Shown in pieces: positions 46,188 to 64,000 of a DNA stretch of 64,000 nucleotides. Below the pieces are notes generated by a model. The model was not told where the DNA came from, did not search any database, and worked only from the letters and a program-made list of their open reading frames with translations. The stretch comes from Hyaloraphidium curvatum SAG 235-1 (lineage: Eukaryota; Fungi; Monoblepharomycota), in contig JAIVFI010000025.1 in NCBI GenBank assembly GCA_025558095.1, positions 248,001 through 312,000 of the forward strand, written 5' to 3'. Within the stretch, counting starts at the first letter, position 1, and each line of letters begins with the position of its first letter. A program made the translations under genes and the position numbers.

Positions 46188-47413
46188 CTACATTGGTGCG
46201 CGAACGGACACTGATTCTACCTCGTGCGGCGGAAAAGATGATGCGTTCCCCGCAGCAGTGATTCCAACCGCGTCCCCGCCGCTGCTTCCCTTGCTAGCTG
46301 CCGCGGAGCGGCCCGCGAGCGCCAGCGAGCCCCGCGTCAGCGGGCACGTCGCCCGCTGCAGGCCCGTACCCCCGGCGCTGTCCTTCCTTGCTAGCTTTGC
46401 CGCGGAGCGGCCTCCGAGCGACAGCGAGGCAAACTGGACGGTGCGGATGGCGGCGGGAAGTGCGGGAGGCGGGCCGGCGTGTCGCGGAGGGCTGGGAAAC
46501 GGCGGGGGCGGGGCCGGGACGAGAGTCCCGGCCCCCCGCCCATGGTAGCTCGGGGTTTCGGACATCGCCCATTTCTCGGCTGCAATGCATCGTACGGGCC
46601 CGGACGACCCGGGAACGTGACCGCAGGGGGTCGGTTCCACGCCAGAAGTGGTGTCAGATTGCAAAAATACCCACTTCCCGTGGAGCTGGCCGGGGGGCGT
46701 TGCGGGCGTGCGGCGGAGGGTGCGCGCGTCCAAAACCTCCACCCGGCAGACCCCACACCGGCCGCTGCCGAGGCTCCCCGACTCCGCCGCGTCGTTGCGA
46801 GGCAGCATCGACGTGCGCTGCGCGTGTCTGGCGGGCGCGGGCGACGCAGGCGGCTCCCGGGAGGCCGTGCTCCTCCCCGGGTCGACCGGCAGCCGCCCCA
46901 CCCCCACCGCATCCTCTTGCTTCCTCAGGCGGGCGGGAAGTCACACGGCGACGATGGACGATAGCAAGGCAGGAGGCGCGCGTCTGTCGGGGCGGAGGTG
47001 GGCGGGCCGTGCGCGGGGGCGGGACAGCGGTCGCCTTCTCACCCCTTTGCACCCCGCGCGCGATCAGGGACGCCGAGGAGCCGCGCGAAAAGGGAGCAGA
47101 GGACGGCAAGGACCGGTCGGACGGCGCGGACGCGAGCGGGGGGATGCCCGTGTCGGAGGACTTTGAGCTGGACAGGGCGGAGACCGAGGCGAAGGACGAG
47201 GACGTGCAGGAGGGGCTGCCGGCGCTCGAGCAAGTCCCCTGGACCTTCCCCGTGCCCGCCGGCAGCAGCTGTGCCGTCGCCATTGCCGAACTGCGTCACA
47301 GTCATGTCACACGGATGGCTTCCGGCGCGTGCACGACCCAGGTCCTCCGGTTCCGCAGACCGATCTTGAGAGTCCTGCAACGAAGGTCGGCACTTCCTTC
47401 CCATCTCCCGTAG
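46188..47413. other. Unresolved GC-rich region, probably one or two hypothetical protein genes
   Basis: Long ORFs on both strands (- 46188-46907, - 46654-47283, + 46388-47413); no family motif recognised. Confidence 0.3.
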
Positions 47414-50089
47414 ACCATTCCTTCGCTGCGAATCGTCGTCGTGATAGGGACCGCATAAGCTGCATCCCAGTCCGGATGCGCAGCGAAGCTCAGGAGCAGC
47501 TCGACCCCATCCGTCCGGTATCTCTGAGCCGAAACGTCGACGGAGACGGCTATTCGACCCAAGACATCCGCCGGGAGAGTTTTCAGGCTCGACCATGCCG
47601 GTGAAGTGGAAACTTCGATGGCCAGGGCTTCCTTGTCCGGGTGCAACACGAAGCGAGGAACGGGCAAAGGCGCGATAGCACGGATGTCGTCGCGCAGAGC
47701 GCCATCAGGAAGCGACCGAACCAAATCCATCAGTGGTCTGGCATCCCGCCATTTCATGCTGTAGTTGACGGTCAGAAGGTGCTGCAAAGCACCTTTCACA
47801 CCATCTGCTTGTCGCCGAAGCAACTGCAGCTGAATGAAGCGAGTCAATTGCACTGGCCCCGACAACCACGCAGCAGACCAGCATACCGAGAGTGAAGACG
47901 GGCTCCCGCTGCGGTTCTCCCTACTGAGCAGCGCCCGGTGCAGAAGCGAGAGGTGTCGATGCCGGAAACGTATCCATGCCCCAAGAGGTGGAGGTGTGCG
48001 GGACACCGGCAAGGGCTGGCACTTCAGGAGCGCCGTTCGCAAATGAGAAACAGCTCGATCGACCGACGAAAGGGATCCGCGCTCCGTATTGCTGACGAGG
48101 TCGAGAGTGCTCTCGGCCTCGCACAAATCAACGAGCGCCTCTAGCCAGCGCAAGGAGCTTTCGGACGCCACTAGAAGCATCACCTGCTCGAGAATGCGCT
48201 TCGCGGCACGAAAATGGCCGCCACACATCAGCCGGAGACAGAGGCGATAGCTGTTCCATGCACCGAGCGTCCGCAAAGAGACGTGCGTGAGAACTGTCTC
48301 TAACGATGCCGCCGTTGCAGATGTCAAGGGCAGGGGCCCTGCGAGCTCCAAAAGGCAGCACAGGCCGGCGTACAAGGCAGAACCGCGCCATTCCGCCTCG
48401 GTGCTAGGTGTGTTCAGAAGCATGACTAGAGCCTGCAGCCGATCCACACGAAGTGCGGCATCGTCGGGTGCAACCGCGCGGATTGCGGTGCGCAGGACGA
48501 AGCTGACCGCCCGCCCAGGCACTAGGCTCAAAAGAGCGGGAGAGAAGAGGAAACTGCTCACTTCCCGCCGAACATGTGGCTGCAAGCGGCAAAGCGCTGC
48601 GCAACGGTCCGAAAAGAGGTGCCAAGACTCAACATCTTCCCCGCAGCTCCTGGCGTCGACCAACATGACATCCAGCACGCCCGCCAAACTGGGTCCGTCC
48701 TGCGGGTATCGCCAGGCGCAGGAATCCAACGCAGCCAAGGCGTGCGGAGCGTTCGCCCGGCCCTGCCCGCTCTGCACCACTAGCCAATCCACGAATCTTC
48801 CCAAGTTCGAGCTTAAGTCGAGAATTGAGAAACGGAACAGGACCGCGATGACTTCCAGGTAGGCGCGCTGCAGCTGAGCTTCACCCGCATCTATGCCCGT
48901 CAGACGGTTCCAGATGGCTTCGACGTCCGAGAGACGGAAATCGATAGTGCGAACTTTCGCCAGGCGGTGGAGGCACCTTGCAAGGGGCAATTCGTCCTCT
49001 GCTGCACGGTTCGGTGTTTCCACCTCGTTGACGAGGTAGGAGATCTGCGGCAACGGTGTTAGCAAGGCTTTGCCTGCCAGGGGCCAGAATTCAGACCTGA
49101 GCTATGGAAAGGACCGAGTGCTTGCTCGACGCGACGGTCGCGGCCATTAGTGCCGCAGTCCCGAGAGGTGTTCCGGAGTGTGCCTTCCAAACCTCCAGAC
49201 ACGCAGTCCGTGCCTGTCGCAACCAAAAGGAGATTCAGAAGGAATAAAGGACTCTAGACGGATACCGGAGCCCACCCGCTTTGCCATAGGAAGGGAGTGG
49301 GTACAGCTCCCTAACGCAACGATGTACTTTGCTCGCAAAGCCTGGGTCAGCGCCTCGTCTACCTTCAGCGTGAGTTCAAGAAGAACGTGCAATCGAACGC
49401 ACCCACCCTGAGCCCCAGCCACCAAGTCCCATATGACGTTTGTTGCGAACTTTTGCGACTGCTGGCAGAGGATTCGGCAAGCAAAGACGGCCGCCTCCTT
49501 CTCCAGCCCTTTCCCGCCGTCGAGGTGAAGACGCACGTTGAACTGGATGTCGGCGTTCTCGGCTGCTCTCTTTGCAAAGTATCCGAGGAGGCTGCCCATC
49601 CCAGTCAGCGGCCCGCGCTCCGACGCCGGTGACGAGCTCACATGAGCCCGATCGTCCGGGCGACCGAGTCGTTGCTCGACAGCACCACCACGATGCGCAG
49701 CAGGATCTCACTCAGCTCACGCTGATCGTGAGGAATGTATTGCTGCGAGGCCCTCACGGCGCTCAGAACGGCCCATCGGAGGCGGTTATCGACGGCGTCG
49801 TGGAATCGATCTGCGAAGACGGCGTCCAGACGCGTCCGGCCACGTCCGGGATCAGGCAACAGACCGGCCAGCTTCTGAAAAGCCGCATTCACGAGGTGAA
49901 TGCGGGTCCTGTTGGCGCGCAGGAAGGCGGCTGGACGGGACGGTGGGAGGCGGCCAAATGGTTCGCCACGGCTGTCCCACGGTACTCCAGAATCGCCTCG
50001 ATCGCGAGGTGAGGACGCGAGTCATCGCGCGAGCGGGATTCAATGTCCACGAGGGTCTTGCTCGCTGCAGCATGTCCTGGTGCGAGCAT
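47302..50089 (-). CDS. INTS7: Integrator complex subunit 7-like
   Basis: NAAFQKLA...DNRLRWAVL...RIVVVLSSNDSVARTIGL...EKEAAVFA...QSQKFA parallels INTS7 NSAFLKLA...NNFLRLCVL...SNDPVARAITL...EVEAAVFA. Confidence 0.8.
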
Positions 50090-50277
50090 CGGGAGCTAGG
50101 TGGTTGAGGGAGGACATTGGCGCTAGATCCCCCAAACCCCGCGTTCCGGGGCGGCCGGACGGACCAGACAAGCATTCGTCCAAGCTATCGCTTAAGCCCT
50201 GTATACAGCAATCAATGTGCACGAACGCGGCCCGTGCCGGTTGGCCGCGTCCTTGCCCGCCGCGTCCGCTGGCGCCG

Positions 50278-52097
50278 TCAGTCTCCCACCGGGGGCGAGA
50301 ACTTCCGCCGCCGCCCGGTCCGCGCGCTCGGCTTGGGCGTCATCGGCGTCAGAATCTCGAAGGAGCAAAGGAGCTCCTCGTTGACCGACATCACGGCCCC
50401 GTTGTTGTCGAACTCCCCGCAGTAGTTCGGCGCGCTGAAGATGGTGACGAGGATCCGGTTCCCGAAGAACTCGTACCCGTCTTCGACGATCATGTGCGCT
50501 GCGACAGGGCAACCACGGTGAGCGACTGACGTGGAGCTCGGCGGTGATGCGGGACATACCTCTGCACACGAGGTCCAGGTCGTTCTTCTGAAGGAAATCC
50601 TGCACGATCGCTCGCCCAAAGCAATAACTGACACCCCGCTCGCTGCACGGAGAGTCAAGCGGGGGATGTGAGGCTACGGACGGCGTGCCTCACCTGTCTT
50701 CCCAGTCTACCGCCGTCTCGCTCGGATCCGACCACAGCAGGTCTGTTGACAAACAGTCTGAGCAACGGGCAAGCGCATCGTCCCGCTGAGCGCCTACCGT
50801 TGAGAAGACCAAAGTCCGGCACGTCCGTTGGACGCTCTGCAAGAAACCGTCAGAACCAGAACGCGACGGCACGGCAAGGACCACGGCGCCGAACAAGGCC
50901 CTGACGACTACTCACGCAAAGCTCGAATGTCATCCATGCTAAGCAAATGGTCAGTAGGGTTCGGATGGCCACACCGGGAGGCACTCACGTGTTCAGACTC
51001 GGCGACAAACCACCGTGGACGCAGAAAATCTGTCAAGAAGATGGAGTTAGTCCCGAAATGAGTGAGTAACGCGATCCGCCTCGGCCGCGTACCTTGCCTG
51101 AAAACGGGCAGAATTAGTAAGTTTCCCATAGTTGGTCGCGGCGCTTCACGAACCTGCGACCACCGCGGCCACCGGCAGGCAGTTAAACACGTCGGTGAAG
51201 CTCTTCCAGAGCTTGATGTTGCACCGCCGTTTGCACTCGTCGTAGAAGCCGTAGACTGTTGCGTGGAGGGCCGATTGGTCAGGATTGGATCGAGGGCGAC
51301 GCGCACGAATCCCACCTCGGTTCACCGACGCGCACTCGTGGTTCCCGCGGAGGATGAAGAAGTTCTCGGGGTATTTGATCTTGTAGCAAAAGAGGAGGAG
51401 GATGGTCTCGAGGCTCTGCTTGCCCCGGTCCACGTAGTCTCCCAGAAAGAGGTCTGCCGGCGCGGGGGTCACGGGGGCCGGCGCGACGACGCGGCGCCAC
51501 GCACAGTTTGTTTGAGGAGGGTATCCCATGAGGTCAAAAATCCGGAGCAGGTCTTCGTACTCTGCGGGGGCGGGCCGGCGTCAGCCGACGCGGGCGGGTT
51601 CGGTGGCCGCACGCACGCCCGTGGATATCGCCGCAGATGGTGAGGGAGGGGTGGGGGTTGAGCTCCAGCAGCACCGGCTGGTCCAGGAAGATCTCCCTGG
51701 CGCGGTGGCAGATGTACATGATCTCCGAGTTCTTGACGACGAGCGTCTTTGCCGACTTTGTGTTCCGCACGTTGAGCAGCCGCTGCACGACCTCGTCGAG
51801 GTTGATCTCGTTGCTGCGGACGCCCGGCGGCGGGGCGGCCTGTGCGGGCGAGCCTGGCGGCAGGGCGTCTGGCGCGGGTGCGGCGGGAGCGGGGGGAGCG
51901 GCCGCGCCGGCCACCAGCGGCGCCAGCGGCGCGGCGTCCGCCAGCGACAGGCGGCCCTGCGGCGGCTGCAGCTCGCCGCGCACGTACGCGGTCGACTGCG
52001 ACGACACCGAGTCGCGCGGCTCGATCGACTGCGTGCGCGGCACCTTGCCGCCGTCGCCGCCCTCCGACGCGCGCCGCTTCGACCCCGACTGCCCCAT
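50278..52097 (-). CDS. PPZ1: PPZ-type (PP1-related) Ser/Thr phosphatase, many small exons
   Basis: Myristoylation-type start MGQSGSK; [61 protein letters not shown]. Confidence 0.9.
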
Positions 52098-52260
52098 CGC
52101 GGGGGGCGGCGGGCGCGAGGGGCGGGTTGCGGATGGCGGGAGGAGCCGTGGATACTCCCGAGCAGAGGGAGACTGGGGCAGTCAGTTCCAACTGGGGAAG
52201 TGATGGACGCGCGTCCTCATCGCAATCACGGGCGGGAAGTGCCCCTCACGTCCACCCAGG

Positions 52261-53907
52261 ATGTCCCTCCTATCGCCGTTGATGTGCCTGCCCGGCCTGG
52301 CCACGTCGTGCTTCTGCTGCGCCGGCGGCGCCGGGATGCGGCTGGCCACCCGCAACGGCAGGCTCAACTCGTCCACCGGCACCCGCGTGGCCTACGCTTC
52401 CCTGTTCCTGCTGACAAGCGTCGTGGCCTGGATCATGGAGAGCGACTGGGTCATCTCCCAGCTCGACAAGATCGCCCTGGGCTACCTGAAGCAGCGCTGC
52501 GCAGAGAACGTCTGCTACGGCACCCTCGCCGTCTACCGGCTGATGTTCGCGTCTTCGCTGTTCCACATCGTGCTCGGTACGCGCAGCGGGGCTGTCGTGC
52601 AACCGGGCCCCCGCTGAACGGAGGTCCGCTGCAGCCCTGGTCATGATCGGGCAGCACGACAGCAAGGGTCCGCGAGGCGCGATCCAGAACGGATACTGGG
52701 GCCCAAAGATCCTGGCGGTCATCGTACTGACCGTGCTGGCCTTCTTCGTCCCCAACGGCTTCTTCATCGTCTGGGGCTCGTACATTGCCCTGGCGGGGGC
52801 CGCCGTGTTCATGCTGTTCCAAATGTTCCTGCTGGTGGACTTTGCCCACACCGTGGCCGAGGGCCTGCTCGGTGGGTATATCCGTGAATCTGCAGCTCGC
52901 CGAGGCTCGCCGAACTCATTGCGCCGCCCGCAGAGCGCTGGGAGACAACCGAGGAGAAAAAGTGGATGGTCCTGCTGGCCGGGGGCACCCTGCTCGGCCT
53001 CCTCGTCGCGCTGGCCATGACCATCGTGGCCTACATCTTTTTCGGGCAGTCGGGCTGCCAGCTGAACCAGACCCTGATTTCGCTCAACCTGATCTTCTGC
53101 CTCGCCGTCGCCGTGGTGTCGGTCCACCCCGAGGTCCAGGCCGTGAACCCCAAGTCGGGCCTGGCCCAGGCGACCATCGTCATCGTCTATGCGACCTACC
53201 TCATCTGCAGCGCTCTGGTAGGTCGCTGCCACGTTGCCGTGGGAGCCCCTTCAACCGTCGCTCTGTCAGTCGAGCGAGCCCGTTGACCTCGAGAAGGAAC
53301 CCGTCTGCAACCTCCTCGCCAAGAGCGGCGGCTTCAAGACCTCCACCATCATCTTCGGCGCGATGCTGACCTTTGTTTCGATCGCCTACTCGACGACTCG
53401 GGCAGCGTCGAACCGCCTCTCCCTGGGCGAAGAGTCGGACGCTCAGGGCAGCCGCGCGGCGCTGTACGCGGCGGTGGAGAGCGGCGCTTTGCCGGCGTCC
53501 GCACTGGACGAGGACAACGAGGAGGAGGACGACAAGGCGGGAGAGTCGTCGGACGACGAGAGGAACGGGACGGCGTACAGCTACAGCTTCTTCCACGGTT
53601 GGCGCAGCGGATTGCGCTCGTGGTGCCCTTGCTGACCCGCCTATCCGCGCCGCCAGTCACCTTTGCGCTCGCTGGGATGTACGTTGCTATGCTCGTGACG
53701 AACGTGGGTTTCTCTGCGGTTGCGTGGTGTCATCGCTGACCCCGCAGCGCACAGTGGAACACCGTCTCGTCGTCCGAGGGACTTACGACAGTCGGCACGG
53801 GCTGGGCGAGCGTTTGGGTTCGCACGGTCACGAACTGGATCGTGTTGCTGCTCTATTGCTGGACTTTGCTCGGGCCCGTTCTCCTGCCCGATCGGGAGTT
53901 CTTCTAA
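52261..53907 (+). CDS. TMS1: SERINC/TDE-family membrane protein; start approximate
   Basis: SSTGTRVAYA, CYGTLAVYR, RGAIQNGYWGPK, NPKSGLAQA, YSYSFFH, WTLLGPVLLPDREFF. Confidence 0.93.
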
Positions 53908-53959
53908 GACGCTCTTTACATGGCATTCAGATTCATCATCATGTTGTAAATGTTCATCG

Positions 53960-61507
<7,548 letters not shown>

Positions 61508-61831
61508 TTTAATCTGAGCAGTTGTGTAGCGACCGCGATTGAAACTGATTGGGGCGTGCGAGATGGGGACGACGGGACGGCCGCGGTGCCATCACTTGAG
61601 CGGTCGAGAAACCCCACCCCACCGCGTCCGAAGCGATTCGCCCTCGCAGCCTTGTTTAAGGCCGCCCGGATCCGTAGCATCAAAGGCGGCCCGGTCACGG
61701 AGGCCGCGGCGCACAGGGACGCCCACGCCCGACGCGCTCTGGTGCCCTTCCCATGTTGAGCAGTGAGTGGCCCCGCGCGCTTCAGTTGCAGCCGCGGCTC
61801 ACGGATCTGGCGCCGGTGCGCAGCGGAAAAC

Positions 61832-63830
61832 ATGGACCGATCCAGCAAGGCGAATCCCGAGCGTGCGCAGCAGGTGGGCGGCTCGCCGCGTCGTTTCGGG
61901 AAAAGGGGACCAACGCGTACCCCCGAAACCGCAGTACAAGAACAGGGGCCAGCTCAAAGCCGATGAGCTCAGAAGGCGGCGGGAGGATGCGGCTGTGGAG
62001 ATCCGGAAGCAGAAGCGCGAGGAGTCGCTGGCCAAGCGGCGGAATCTGCAGCCCTTTGCTGACTCGGCGTCGGACGCGGAGGATGACGGCTCGGGCTCGC
62101 TGATGTCGGGCGGCCAGCTGTCGGACCAGTTGCCGCAGATGGTGTCGGACGTGTTTTCGGAGGACCCGGAACTGCAGCTCCAGGCGACGGCCAAGTTCCG
62201 GAAGCTGCTGTCGAAGGAACGGAACCCGCCCATCGAGGAGGTCATCAACTGCGGCGTCATTCCCCGCTTCGTCGAGTTTCTTCGCAGCCCGCATTCTCAA
62301 GTTCAGGTGCGCGGCGGCTCCGGACCCGCTTCGAACAGTCTGACCATGGCATTCCAGTTCGAGGCGGCTTGGGCCCTGACCAACATCGCTTCCGGATCTT
62401 CGCAACAGACTCAGACCGTGATTGAGCACGGTGCGGTGCCGATCTTTGTTGAACTGCTCCGCTCTCCCGTGCCGGATGTTCGCGAGCAGGTGGGCTGTGC
62501 ACTCCGAAACAGCGGCACGTGCTTGACCGGTCATTGGGCAGGCCGTCTGGGCGCTCGGCAACATTGCTGGCGACCACCCTCGCTGCCGCGACTTTGTCCT
62601 GGTCGCCGGAGCCCTGAAGCCGCTGCTGGACATCCTGAACGAGCCGACCAACAAGCTATCGATGCTGCGGAACGCGACTTGGACCCTGTCCAACCTCTGC
62701 CGCGGCAAGTCCCCGCAGCCGGATTGGAACCAGGTGGGCGTGTGCGGTGCTTTCCCTCGCGTGCACGCATCCTTACGTTGGGCCGCGTCAGATCTCCCCC
62801 GCGCTGCCCGTGCTGGCGAAGCTCATTTACGCGAACGACGAGGAGGTCCTCACGGACGCGTGCTGGGCAATCTCCTACCTGTCGGACGGCTCGAACGAAA
62901 AGATCCAGGCCGTGATCGAAAGCGGCGTGTGCAGGCGGCTTGTGGAACTTCTCATGTGAGGCGGCCGGCCGATGGGTGCGCGGCGTTCTCATTCTTTCTT
63001 CAGGCACCCGTCGTACACTGTCCAGACCCCGGCGCTCAGGTCGGTCGGAAACATCGTGACCGGAGACGACGTGCAGACCCAGGTGGTGGTCAACTGCGGG
63101 GCCCTGCAAGCGTTGCTCGCGCTGCTGGCTAGCCCTAAGGACGGCATCAGGAAGGAGGCCTGCTGGACCATCTCCAACATCACCGCGGGCAACCCGAACC
63201 AGATCCAGGTACTGCACTGTTGTCTCGACTGGCTTACAGCTCCTCACTCCTTGTCCTGCAGGCCGTCATCGATGCCAACCTGATACCGCCACTGATCGAC
63301 ATCCTCCAGCATGGGGACTTCAAAACAAAGAAGGAAGCCTGCTGGGCGATTTCCAACGCGACTTCGGGGGGTCTGGCGCGGCCGGAGCAGATCCGGTATC
63401 TCGTCAGCCAGGGTTGCATCAAGCCGCTGTGCGACCTACTCGTGTCCGGCGACAACAAGATCATCCAGGTCGCGCTCGATGGGCTGGAGAACATCCTCAA
63501 GGTCGGCGAGATCGACAAGCCGCAGACAGAGGGCGTGAACCGGATGGCGCTCTACATCGAGGAGTGCGGAGGCATGGAGAAGATTCACCAGCTGCAGATC
63601 CACGACAACGTGGAGATCTACAAAAAGGCTTACGGGATCATCGACAAGTACTTCAACGACGAGGACGAGGACACTGGCCTGGCCCCGGACGTGGACCAGT
63701 CGACCGGCCAGTTTGCCTTCCCCTCGGACGGGATGATGAACATTCCGCAGGTGCGTCTGCGGTGCGGATTGCAGGGATGTCCCTCACGGTTTCGCTCCCC
63801 ATCCAGGGCGGCTTCCAATTCAACCAATGA
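61832..63830 (+). CDS. SRP1: Importin alpha
   Basis: IBB domain [26 protein letters not shown]; ARM repeats [40 protein letters not shown]. Confidence 0.98.
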
Positions 63831-64000
63831 GCGATGCCAGGCGTGCCGGCAGAGCGCAGCCGGCGCGCGGCGGAATCTTGGTCTGCTGCATGGACATGCT
63901 GTCGCCTCTCGGGTCCCCAACCCCCCACTCCTCCCCCCCTCCCTCCCCTCCCCTTGGGATAGAACCTGGTATATGGCTGTACAATTCAAAAGAAGCATTT

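Noticed and set aside
5524-50089. A functional gene cluster (RNA processing or mitochondrial)
   Set aside because: The neighbourhood is a mix of unrelated housekeeping genes with no evidence of coordinated clustering.

Overview
This is eukaryotic, high-GC, extremely compact and intron-rich DNA, with most introns about 45-80 nt. The gene set (ERMES MDM12, a PPZ phosphatase, FYV4, plus INTS7, SNAPC1, TMEM94, tubby and a GLTSCR1-domain protein) points to an early-diverging, chytrid-grade fungus; that assignment is inference. About 27 spliced housekeeping genes lie in two blocks (1-16.6 kb and 29.9-64 kb), mostly as tight divergent or convergent pairs. Between them is a gene-free, lower-GC, partly CpG-depleted island of about 13 kb (16.7-29.8 kb) made of nested retroelements. 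The island holds two related non-LTR (LINE-like) families with microsatellite tails, (TTCTA)n and (TACATC)n. It also holds a gag-less Ty1/copia element with 224-bp LTRs, a GTGTC target-site duplication and a half-tRNAiMet primer site, a near-identical 1.9-kb duplication, and a structured 61-62-bp tandem repeat. The island is the most interesting part and is a candidate centromere or heterochromatin block. I saw no rRNA, tRNA or CRISPR array. Gene spans run from start codon to stop codon including introns, were read by eye, and rest on recalled family motifs rather than database searches.
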